Origin: Amphiscolops sp. MND2022
Taxonomy: Eukaryota
Assembly (NCBI GenBank): GCA_964187785.1
Contig: OZ076409.1
Coordinates: forward strand, 87,980,001-88,044,000
DNA: 64,000 nucleotides
Direction of reading: 5' to 3'
The notes beneath the pieces were generated by a model. It did not search any database. It was not told where the DNA came from and saw nothing but the letters and a program-made list of their open reading frames with translations. The position numbers and the translations under genes were made by a program. Shown in pieces: positions 49,690-61,991 of this stretch. The first letter of the stretch is position 1, and each line of letters opens with the position of its first letter.

Positions 49690-51690
49690 ATGCTTTAAAA
49701 AACTTTAGATATTATTCCTTTAGTTACTATTCCGTTCTCCACTTGGGTCTCATTCCCGTTTTTAGATCTCATTCCCACTTTTTTAGGTCTTGCTCCGGTC
49801 TTTAGGTCTTATTCTCGAAAATTGCGAAGCATCTTAGGTGTTGATCCCGTTTTCTTTTAAGGTATTATCCAGGGGAGACAGGAATTGGGACTAATGAAAT
49901 AGGACTAATGATCAAAACTGAAATAGGACTAATACTTTTAGTGCCGCCTAAGAACTAATGGAAACAGGGCCAATTGAAATAGGACTAAAACAACTTTTGT
50001 CACGCAAAACGTGCAATTACGTAGATCAAATTGACAAAATCATGACATGTTCTATTGTAAACATGGAACATAAAAGTAGTACAACGAAAACAACGCAAAA
50101 GCGGATAAAAGCATGGTACAAAATCCAAACTAGGAACGTGGAACATGAAAGTAGTACAAAAGTAACGTAAAACAATTGGAATTATTGGAATTTGTCATAT
50201 TCTGCTATGAATACTCCACAGCATTTGCAGCAACGGTTGCGGAAACAAATTTCGCATACCATATGACCATGTGGTTGAAACAAATACGAAATTTCCTTTT
50301 CCTCACAACCGCAACATAGATCAATTTTTTTCCGATTCAGTTTCAGAGCAATTGAGAACATCTCTGTCATGACATTTTCTATTGACAAAAAATTTTCCAT
50401 TCTCAATATAGGCAGTGCCTCAGGGATTGCAATACCAATACTTAGTGGGTCAATGCCAATAACTTGAAAATTTTTCAATACCAATACAAATACTGTTTTT
50501 CTCAATACCAATACCGAAAATCTCAATACCAATACTTTCAATTTGAATGTCATATTTGGTAAAAACCCATAGCTCCGAAAATGGTGCTACATAAAATCCT
50601 ACTTTGTTATAACAGTCTATCAATAATTAAGTTTCGATATCAATTAATTTACTCTCTGTTGTCGTATTTTCCCAGTAACAGTTAGCAGAACTCAAAAATC
50701 GACAATTTATTGGCCTATGTTTGGTTAATACCAAAACCAATACCTGACCCTGGTAACAAATTAGTTCTAACTCCTGTTTGGGAAAATACGAAATTAGTTC
50801 TAATTCACATGAACGTTTCAGAAATTTTGAGCATGTTAGTCCTAATTCCGATAGTTCTATTTCGGGAGACAGGAATTCAGGAATGAAATAGGACTAATGA
50901 TCAAAACTGAAACAGGACTAAAACAGGACTAATGGAAATAGGACTAATTCTTTCTAAGTTCCACCATAGAACTAATGGAAATAGGACTAATTGAAATAGG
51001 ACTAAAACAACTTTTCGTACGAAAAATTTGCAATTACGTAAATCAAATTGACAAAATCACGACATGTTCAATTGTAAACATCCTACAAAAAAGTAGTACA
51101 ACAAAAAAGCGCAAAAGCGGATAAAAAGATGGAAGCAGTACAAAAGTAACGTAATACAATTGATAATTATTTTTTTCCTCCCACTGATTTTATCAAATCG
51201 TCAGATCTCAAATCATTTCTTTCAAGAATAAAATTTTACCTATCGTAGATGTCTCACAAAATTTTCAGTACTTTCCCCTTTCAATGTTGGGCATTTTCGG
51301 TGTATGCACGCTCGCCCTCACCGTCGCAAAGACCAGCTCCCACTACGATCGCACCGCGATCTCCGTTCCTGCAAGGTCTTTGCTCCTGTTCGACCTCGCT
51401 TAGCAAGATGGGAACATAAGCGGCCCCAAGGGGCCGCAGGGCACTAGAGGAAATGGGGATATATCTGAGGCACGTTTTATACTTTAAAGCATTTTATACT
51501 TAACCCGTAACATCTAAAAATGGGAATAACGAAAATTAAAGCGGGAATAATGTCTAAAATTTAGACTTTCGGTACGATTCGGGAGCTGGCATTCTCTAGA
51601 TCTTTGTTACGAAAAATGACATTTAGATCTTAGTTCTTTAGATCTTAGTTACAGAAGTGCGTTTCGATCTTATTCCTTAGATCGTAGTTT
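49690..51690. mobile_element. Cluster of related, partly nested MULE-MITE copies
   Basis: Repeated GGGAGACAGGAATT..GACTAATGAAATAGGACTAA starts at about 49872 and 50864, with internal blocks shared with 51696-52668. Confidence 0.7.
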
Positions 51691-51695
51691 GTGCC

Positions 51696-52668
51696 GGGAG
51701 ACAGGAATTCGGACTAATGAAATAGGACTAATAATCAAAACTGAAATAGGACTAATGGAAATAGGACCAATTCTTTTTTAGTGCCGCCTTAGAACTAATG
51801 GAAATAGGACTAATTGAAATAGGACTAAAACAACTTTTGGCACGGAAAAATTGCAATTACGTAGATCAAATTGACAAAATCACGATATGTTCAATTGTAA
51901 ACATCCAACATAAAAGTGGTACAACAAAAAAAACGCAGAAGCGGATAAAAACATGGTACAAAATTCAAATTGGAAACGTGGAACATGAAAGTAGGAAATG
52001 ACTTATACCTCATTGAAAGTAGTACAAAAATAACGTAATACAATTGATCAACATAAAATTAAAACAATCATTATTTTCTTCCTTCTATTGATTTTATAAA
52101 AGTGTCAGATCTCAAATCATTTCATTCACGAATAAAATTTTACCTTTCGTAAATGTCTCACAAAATTTTCAGTACTGTCCCCTTCTAAATTCGGGGCATA
52201 TTCGGTGTATGCACGCTCGCCCTCACCGTCGCAAAGACCAGCTCCCACTACGATCGCTTCGCGATCTCCGTTCCCGCTAGGTCTTTGCTCCTGTTCGACC
52301 TCGCTTAGCAAGACGAGAACATAAGCGGCCCCAAGGGGCCGCGGGGCGCTAGAGGAAATGGGGAAATATCAAAGGCACGTTTTATACTTTGAAAAACTTT
52401 AGATATTATTCATTTAGATACTATTCCGTTCTCCCCTTGGGTCTCATTCCGCATTTTAGGTCTTATTCCTACTTTTTTTAGTTCCAAATCCTGTAACAAA
52501 TTAGTTCTAATTCCTGTTTTTAGTTCCAATTCCAGTAACAAATTAGTTCTAATTCCTGTTTGAGAAAATACGAAACTAGTTCTATTTCACATGAACGTTT
52601 CAGAAATTTTGAGCATGTTAGTCCTAATTCCATTAGTTCAATTTCTTTAGTCCGATTTCCGTTTCCCC
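51696..52668. mobile_element. Mutator-like (MULE) non-autonomous element
   Basis: GGG...CCCC imperfect TIRs built of TAGGACTAA repeats; 9-bp TSD GTTTGTGCC at 51687-51695 and 52669-52677. Confidence 0.85.
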
Positions 52669-52899
52669 GTTTGTGCCCACGCATTACTCCATTCCTCCCG
52701 CTAAACTTTTGTTTTGTCGGTCGTTTTTGAGCGAGTGCTGTGTTTAGAATTTTTGAGCTCGTGAGCAGCAGTCGAAAAAAGTGGCAAAAAAATACTTAAT
52801 CAAAAATCCACTAATAAATAAGATTTTAAAAAATAATATTCTCCCCACAACCAAACCCATAGCAAGCAGGAAAAACGTCCAAATCTTTACTTCTAAATG

Positions 52900-54780
52900 C
52901 AAAACGAGAATAATGTCTAAAGCCAAGCCATGTCCGACATTACAAAAAGAAAACTATTGAATACGAAGAAGAGTTCTCCAGAAAACTTGCAGAAGCCAAA
53001 TCTAAGTGGATGGAACAAGAAGCGGGGTCGAATCACTTGCAAGGAAAAAAGTTCAAGAGTTTTATCAAAGCAACATCGAGCCCAGATTCTCTTCCAGGAT
53101 TTCTTCTCAGGCCGACACCTCCAAGGGACAGACTTTGAGTCTGACTGGCTGCAACAGTGATCATGGAAGTGCAGAAAATCTCCACATCGGAACAAATGAG
53201 AGACAATGATAATGAAGGACGAAGGTTATGAACGTGAATGAATGATAATAATATTGAACGAGGTTTCCAGCTAAAACATGTCGGAGGATCCGGATGGGAT
53301 CCAGCCAGCATGTTTAAAGCACATGGGACCGAACACGAAATCGGCCGTACTGTCACTCTTTAACAAAATTATAGAACAAAACTGGCCTTCCGAAAATAAT
53401 GTAGTGATTTTTCCACCCAAAGCGGTTAAAGAATGCCATTTATACACCAGCTGCTACCGTCCCATCACGAAGTCCTCACACGTGGGAAAATTGTTAGAGA
53501 AAGTCATCAAGAACATAATACTGGAAATCCCGAACGAAAACAGCCTCGAGGACCAGAGACAAGAAGGCTTTGGCAAACAAGTCAACTGCGCGATTTTTTA
53601 CGGAGTTAATTGCTCACATACAGGAAGTGCTCAAAGCAGGAGCAATTCCAATGGCTCTCATGGTGGACAGGGAAAAAGGTTTCGACAGTGTCTGGACAAA
53701 TGGGCTACTTTTGAAGATATACCAACAGAACGTCAAAGGATCCTTGTGAAAGTAGTAGAAAGTTTTTTATGTAATCGGGAACTCAGAATCCGTTTAGCTG
53801 ATTACACAGTCGAGATTTTCAGTCATTGGTCGACCTGCCTCAAAGTTCAGTTCTCTCACCAATACTTTTTATCATCTTCGCGAAGGACATGCGCGGAAAG
53901 TGTGTTAGCAAAAATTTCATGTCTGCCGACGATTTGACATTTTTTGCTGCTACTGACTCGTATTCTGAGACCCTACGAACACTACATCAAAACATCAATG
54001 AGTTGAGCACCTGGTTTCAAAAATGGAGGAAAAAAGCATCGGTAACCAAGACTGAAAAAAATCCAATTCCTCAAACGAAACCACTTCGATTGGGAACAAC
54101 ACGATGATCTTTTCCTGCAAGAGAGAAAGCCCAAACAAGCAAAGCAATAAAAGTGCTTGGAGTAGTACAGGACCAAAAGCTAAATTTGAGAGAAAATTTT
54201 AGGTCGGCAACAAACAAAGCTGTGAAAAGTTGGGGGATCTCAAAAGAAATTATAACTCTTTTAAATCGTTTAAACCTGTCAATCTAAAACAGATAGTTCA
54301 ATCGGTAATTCAACCGCAATGGACGTATTAGTCATTTGTATGGGCAGACCGTATGCAGTTTGAAAAACAATCGCTTTGGGATGACATCCTGAGGACATTA
54401 GGCAACAACCTGTTTCACCCGAATAAGGAACTTCTCTTGATAATCGCTTCGTTTTCTCCAGATATACAACTACAATCACATGGAGCTAAATTCGTAACAG
54501 AAGTGATACACAACCCCCAAGCGATTTGGTGCGATTACTGGAACATAATAAGTCAGCTGTCATCAATAAACCTCACGCAGACTGGAAATTGCACGATAAA
54601 GAGAACTCATATTCTGAAGAGTTTGCAAAAAAAGCTTTGTGGAAGAGATGTAATGTCCGAATTGAAACTGTCTCAGAAACAAACTTCAAGAACCGAACGA
54701 TTCAAATGATACATAACCAGGCAAATGGAACAAAAAACCTTTTTTCCAATGATAACAATAGATATTATTATTGATATACT
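52900..54780 (+). pseudogene. Decayed LINE RT
   Basis: PDGIQPACLKH, YRPITKSSHVGKLLEKVI, PQSSVLSPILFIIF, ADD, with frameshifts. Confidence 0.8.
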
Positions 54781-55158
54781 ATTATATCAAGAAACAGAAA
54801 TGAAACACAAAACTGAGTAAAGGGGGACATACTCGTATACACGCTCGCGCTCGCCGTCGGAAAGTCCACTATTCAATAGCTTTACTATTTCACTCCCGCT
54901 AGACCTCGGTTAGCAATATCCGCGCTGATGGTTGGGATTTCTGGGGTTTACAGCTTTTGGTGCCCTTTTTTGAACTACTGTCTGCATTTTTTTCTAGTTT
55001 TCACCAAAAAATTGTAGACGTTTTTCCACTTTTTAGATGTTGTTAGTCTATTTTTCAGTTTCGATGTTATTTTTTCGTTATTTCCGATGGATCTTTCGAA
55101 GTTATTCCTCAAACGTCATTCGCGCCTCTACTGATCGTTAGTCGAATGAATAAAATTT

Positions 55159-55358
55159 NNNNNNNNNNNNNNNNNNNNNNNNNNNNNNNNNNNNNNNNNN
55201 NNNNNNNNNNNNNNNNNNNNNNNNNNNNNNNNNNNNNNNNNNNNNNNNNNNNNNNNNNNNNNNNNNNNNNNNNNNNNNNNNNNNNNNNNNNNNNNNNNNN
55301 NNNNNNNNNNNNNNNNNNNNNNNNNNNNNNNNNNNNNNNNNNNNNNNNNNNNNNNNNN
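55159..55358. other. Assembly gap (200 N)
   Basis: Run of N. Confidence 1.
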
Positions 55359-58016
55359 CATGACACGCATAATATTGATCATCATTTTCTAATAATAGCC
55401 TTAAGAGCTTCTAAAAATAGCAACAGTTCTAAATATAGCAACGGTTAACTAGTGACATCATCATAGATCAAAAGGCCTTTCCCGACAGTTATTGTGGCGG
55501 GAAGACTGAAGGTCCATGTGGACAAGCAACGACATACATGTATGAACGCAATAAACTACATGTATTTCAACATTTTCTAATTGCATGAAATATATCAAAG
55601 GCATTGATGGCGCACTATTAAGCACAGATTACATGTCCTCTAAGGACTAATAATTCACTAAATAAGACAGTAAAGCACCGGTTATTATGTAATTCATAGC
55701 ACTTTCCAGCAAGCGCCTTTAATTCCAAAAACGGCCTCAGCGTCCAATCGACATGAGTGGACCGAGATATTGTTGACTGGCGGCATATGGCCGCTCAGTC
55801 CCTTTAATCTAGCAGCATAATACAGCACCGAATAAAGAAAGTACTGCACTGTGATTGGCTAGCGAGTTAATTGGACCGGTAGACCAAGGCGACAGGCGAG
55901 AAAACATTTGAACGCGTTTCCTCTACCTGTACGCCTTGGTGTCCAATCTACTAGCAACGTACAAATTAGCGCCGGTATTACATAATATTAAATCATCACT
56001 ACATGATATTTTATATTCAGAATAAATAAATTACATGACTTTTGAGATACAAATGCAGTTCATTTAAAAAGTTTCAATTTAAATGGATCGTGTTGGGTAG
56101 AGCTTTTTGGTAGTTGTGGCAAATAGAATACAAGTTGCCATCACAGGCGGACGCCTGGGACATCAAGTGAAACAACTTCCAAATTTTGATAATAAACTCC
56201 CATTTAAATACGATTCTTTTCATAATTCAGAATTCCTGTTTCTCAACTATTTTGTTCTGTTTCCCTCAAAAAGTGTTTGGTGGATCATTCCCACTTGTGC
56301 ATGATTTTTTACGGTGTTTGTTAGCAATTTTCTTAAATTTGCACAAAAAAGTCATTGTTTAAGTTTTATTTTCTATTCAGAACTTAGCTAAACCCCCCGC
56401 CAAATTCAGATTATGTGTAAATGGAATTGTTTTTCCACTGAAGCAAACCTGAATGCGATACCTGATTTTGAAACAACGATCAAAATCAAATTCGTCAGCA
56501 TTATATAATAACAATACTCAGAATGAAGTGCAAAATATGTATAATATTCAACAGAGCCGTCCTAATATCAAGAGCTTTCGAATATGACTTTACGTTTAGA
56601 CACAACTTTGCAAACTACAGCATATATGATTTGACACCAAAGAACCAGCTAATTTCACCAATTTCAAACAAATGACGGAACCATTCCCAAAGTTGAGTAC
56701 AGTTTAACTAATTTCTGAAATGACCGGAAACAAAAGTCACTGTTACAACCAGAAAACATTCCGCCTCCGACTGGAAATTCGAAAAAAAAGTTCACCACAA
56801 AAAGCAAAGCGCCCAAACGTTAAGTCGTTGAATGTTCATTATTTCAAAGGGGTTGGAACTGCACACTAACAACTGTAGCAAATTCTAGTCGGCACCTTCA
56901 TTGGCTTACTTGGGAGAGGAAGCTTTCGAGTGGAATTCTGCTTCACTTTTGACTTGAGAGCTAAACAAAATCAGAAAACTTCGTTTTCGACTTTAAACAC
57001 TATTGATGGCAACTATATTTATACTACATCCTTTACTGTCTTGCATTTTAAACAAAAAAGGTTTTCTTTCAAGTTTTGTTCTAAAAACTGGAAAAAAACT
57101 TGAAGTTCTCAAAGAACCGCAGTGAACGTCTTCAAAATCTTTAAAAATTCATGCTTGTACTTTTTACGAAGGTGTTGTACAATACTCAATCAATCCGAAT
57201 TCTAAACCCACACCATTTGAAAATGGCGGAATAATGTGAACATTCAGCTTATAACATATTCTGCAACTCTTCATATTTTTGAATACTCCTTGTTTCTATA
57301 AGAGTTTCTTTTCTATTTGCTTTTCTTCGTCAACGAAACATCAGAACACCAGAACGAGAAAATTTTAAAATTTTCCAAAAAAAAGTCTTTAAGTCCCAAA
57401 AAACGGAAGTGCCTCTTTTTGACAGAAAAAAAATGGTTTTCTCTCAATTGTAGTTATCCGAAAAAGAGGAACCTTGAGCAAAAAGTACATAAAACGGTGA
57501 CCAGGAGCCAAAAATCTTTAAAAAAAAAACGAAAATTTGAGTTTCACAAAATGTTTTTCTACAAACGTCGCATGGTGCCAAAAAACCAAAAAGGAACCCT
57601 CTAAGCTCGCAAAACACTTAGTACTTGTTCAAAACATTTTTTCCAGATCAGAGGTAGACATTTTATAGAATAATTATGTTTTGCAAGTTATTTCTTGTGC
57701 AAAAAGGTGCACAGTGCCGAAAAAGCCCGAACGGTAAATCTTTAACAATCGCAAACGCTAAAAAAATTCAAACCACTGGCAGCGCGGAAAATGAACTCTC
57801 GAAACCCTGCTCTTAGCCGCTGTCATCATTCACAGGTACCCGTGCTAAATTCTAGGCCAAGCAGTAAGTGAAGTGGCGCAACAACGAAGGAGAAAATCAA
57901 AAACTCATAGAATCTGTCTCAGTTCGCTAGTTTTATCATTTCTTCCAACCAAATTGCCTACTGTTAGAGTCCTCTCTTTAGTTTCGTAGATCATTGACTA
58001 AAAATTACGAAAACAA

Positions 58017-58500
58017 ACAAGACGAGAACGTCTAAAGTCGGTGCCATATCTAAAGCTCAAAAAGCGCAAAACATTTTTTTGGAAAAAAATTGAAATTTTT
58101 GAAAAAATTTTTTCTTTCAAAAAAAGTCGCATAGTGCCGAAAAATGTAAAAGGGGGACACTTCTGGATTTATTAACATACATTCCGTTGCGAAATATCAA
58201 AAAAATCGAAGGGGGGACCCTTTGGGGACAATAAAAATTTTCGAAAAAAAGTCGAACAGTGCCGAAACAAAATCCAAAGGGCACGTCCGCTTTTGAAGGT
58301 TTCCTTGAAAAAGTGAAAAATGAAAGGGGGACCCTTTGGACTGAGTTTGCCTTGGCGGGACTTGGCCTTAGGTGGTTTGGTGGTTTCAGGATTGTCTCTA
58401 AAAAGTGGACCGATCAGTGTGAGGATTGTAGTCTGAAGAAAAAAACAGTCACTGCTATAGTCGGGCATTTTTCCCTTAAAGGAAAAGCGCCGACTAAAAA
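58017..58500 (-). mobile_element. HINE-family element
   Basis: Near reverse complement of 26826-27314. Confidence 0.8.
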
Positions 58501-59881
58501 CAAATGACTGTTTCTTAGAAAGGCAAACTTGTAGCTTGGTCAAAACGTCTAGGATAGCCCCGTGGGACAAGGTTGCAACATAACCAAGACGCTTTTTCGT
58601 TTCCACCTACAGGAAACATTTTTATAAAGGCTTTACTTGAAACTGTAGAAATCGTTCGCCTGTTACGTGAATATCTGCTGATTTTTTAAATTAAACACTG
58701 CACTGAAATTTCGAGACCCTGTTTGGAGAGGTCTTTTGTTAAAACGTTAATGGCGTTCATTTGGTCACCTTTACCTTCAACCTTAGATTTTAGCGAGTAA
58801 TTATTAAATGTCCGTAGTTTTTTTGTGTCAAAACGCTTGATGACGGTGTTGCAGAAAAATGTTGGAAAGAAAAGATTCGAAAGCATATCGTGACAAGAGT
58901 CAAACTTGCGGAATTTAACGCAACCACACAACGCGTTGTTTTGTTCGAATAACGAAACATCAGAACAACAGAAGGAGAAAGTTTCGTGTAATCTTATAAA
59001 ATTCTCATTTGCGGATCCCGATGGCCGAATGATTTGCATATAGTTAATTTCAAATCTGAGATTTGCCATGTCAAATTGCTCTTATTAGATTTTCTTTTTT
59101 CAGTATTCAGATCTTATTATTTTCTACCCACATAAATGTGGGAGGAAAATCATGATCTGTGACGCGTTTCTGCCAAAACTCCACTTTATCTCCACTCCAT
59201 GGAGTGTTTCGCAGCCAGTAGATCGTGGGTTCGATCCTCTCCTTCGCCATACGTTTTTTGCGATAAGCGTGTCGCGGAAAATATCCCGGTGCTTAGCGGC
59301 GACTTGTTCTTCCTGTTATTTTGTTATTTTTCTGGTCGAGAATCTGGCTCCATTCTTGTATTTCGTTGCTTATTTGACTGGGTTCAGCCAGTTGAGAACC
59401 CATGTTATTCTCAACTAAACTATCATGGCAATCAACGTTAATTAATATTCAAAGTTTCATTACATTGATTAGGGTTTCTACCTCGATGTTGCTCAGGTCT
59501 CTCTGGAGAACGGTTATTTAGTTTTTTAGAGGTTCCGTTTCTATTAATTTCCATCTTGCTCATGCTAAGCGGCTAATTTCGAACGCAGGAAATAGTTTGA
59601 ATTCGCTGATGAAATTATGGCAAATCTAAAGGTTGAATGAATAACAGAAGCTGAAGATTCTGTCTACAAGTATGAAGAACTACTCGATCTGTGCGGTTGC
59701 TATTTTACTAGTGAAGGATATTTACACTTGTTTTCTTTAGAATCATTTAGCATGACGCCCCCTTTTTGCAAAGTCATATCCTATAAGATATGTAAAAACA
59801 TTTACGTCAAATGATGTAATCCTGTTTATAGTATATAAAGTTACAGCTACATGACGTTCAAAATAGTGAATCTAAACGTAA

Positions 59882-60882
59882 ACAAGCCGGGAACGGTCCA
59901 CGTCGGCGTCATATCTAAGGCTCAATAATATTCAAGGAAAACCTCAGCCTAATATGAAAGTTTCCATTCATCACACAATGCCGCAAGGGTTTTCCCCAAT
60001 ACTCGAAAACTGTTCTTTTCTGGGTTCTTTTCTGTTTTCCCCCCACCACCAAATTTGTTTTGAGAATTAGTGAAAATCTTGTAGCAAATAGACTTGAATC
60101 AAAACCAGAAAGCTTCAGTTTCAAATTTATTCTCAGGGTAATAGTTTTGAATTCAGATACAAACTTTGTTCACACTTTTTCTCTATGTATGTTACGCATT
60201 TTTGATGAAGAAATCAACAATCAACATATTCCTGTTGAGTCATCAATAAACACTTAATACGAACATATTTATAGTCAAAATGGTGAACAATGTTTTGTTC
60301 AAGCGGAGACTACTCTAATAGAAGTTAACTTCCTGTTGTGAAAGAAGGTTTTATTTTTAATTAGGCTAGTCTGAAGTTTTTCAGGAAAGTTATTTTCAAA
60401 AATTTTGGTGGTGGGGGGGAAAACAGAAAAGAGCCCTTTTCTGCACTGGAAACATCAGAAAAAACAAATTTGCCTTTGAGAAAGACAAAAAATTTTCAAG
60501 AAAATATTTGGTAAAAAAAGTCGCATAATGCCAAAAACCCAAAAAAGGCCCTTTAGGCTCATCAAACGTTTTTTGCAAACCGACAACTTCAAAAAATTCA
60601 AGGGTACACTTTGAAAGAATTCAAAAAAATTCCGAAAAATTCTCAGTGCTGAAAAAGCCCAAAATGGGGACCCTTTGGTATACCCTCTACTTTTGAAAAC
60701 ACTAAAAAACTTGTTTAGTGCGAGACTCGAACCCACGCTCTCCTGCTTCTGAAAGTCTGAAAATTAGTTGGCGAAGGAGTTGAACAAAGGAACAGAAAAA
60801 GTGGACCGATTGCGTTGAACGGACGAAAAAAAACTAGCCACTGTAAGAGTCGTGCATTTTCTTCAAAAACACCGACTAAAAA
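59882..60882 (-). mobile_element. HINE-family element with an internal insertion
   Basis: ACAAGCCGGGAACGG...ACCGACTAAAAA; internal inverted AAAACAGAAAAG/CCCCCCACCACC arms. Confidence 0.7.
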
Positions 60883-61991
60883 GATCCTGGAGAAAACTGT
60901 GTTACATTGAATGGTCGTTACTCTGAATTCCACATGATGACTCATAATAATTAAGCATTAACATGTAAAATTACGCCATTGTCAAACTCGCATAATGACG
61001 TATGTGTGACTTGAATGCTTCACTTGAAGCTGGAGAAAAGTTATGTCTGTTACATGAAAATATGCCGACTGTTTTTTTTTTCATTAAAGATTAAAAATCC
61101 GGGACCCTGTTTGGAGAAGTCTTTTGAATGTTTCATGCTGCTAGCAAAGTTTCGGCAGTTATTCACACTGCTCTGAAAAGCTTCTGCTCCAAAAATTTTA
61201 CTAGTCTTCTTCCATTTTCGCCCCAACATCACACGTGGTTAATCTTGCTTACATCAAAACAGCAGCGTCTGTTGAGACAAACATCAAAGATCGATCAAAG
61301 GAACCGTGCAAAATTTGATAACACGTCTATTTTCAAACCATTAATGCTGCTGAGAAACTCGCCATTTTTTTTTGCAAAATTCCAGATCAATCCATAATAA
61401 TCAGCTCTAAAAAACATCAGAGCAATTTTCAGCAGCGCATATCCTCTGAGATGTTCCTAAAAACCTGATTGAAATAGTTTTGCAACCTAATAAACTATGT
61501 AAAACTTGCAAACAATTTCAACCAGGGTTCTATCTTGCTCATTCGTTTATGAACTTCTATATTTTCATGAAATGATTTCGATAATGATTGTAATAATTTT
61601 TTGGACTTTCTGTTCCTAAATTTGTGTGCCTGTCTTTTAAAGACTGTCAGCAGACTACTGTTGAGTCTATTCCGAAATAGACAAACAAAATAACAACGCT
61701 TTAATTCACGAAACAACAGAAGGCATAAATTTAGGGTTTCAGCTACTGACGTAATCTAAAATTTACATTCAAATCAAAGAAATACTAACAATAGCTTTAA
61801 ACGTTCCAAATGATCCCCGGGTCGAAAACTGTTTTCCGTAAACAGTTACAAGGCTTGCAGGAGTATTAGGTATTGAAACAACAGGAAGTCTTGCTTGCTC
61901 CAGGGTTCAATTTGCTGAGTATTTCTGCGATAATAAGGAACGAAAAATTATGTTGACGTGGAACTCAATAAGTAAAAACAACTGAGGGAAT

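Noticed and set aside
49870..52670. CRISPR-like or satellite array from TAGGACTAA repeats
   Set aside because: Eukaryotic context with no regular spacers; the repeats are MULE subterminal motifs.
55109..55448. ORFs spanning X residues
   Set aside because: Artefacts of the N gap.
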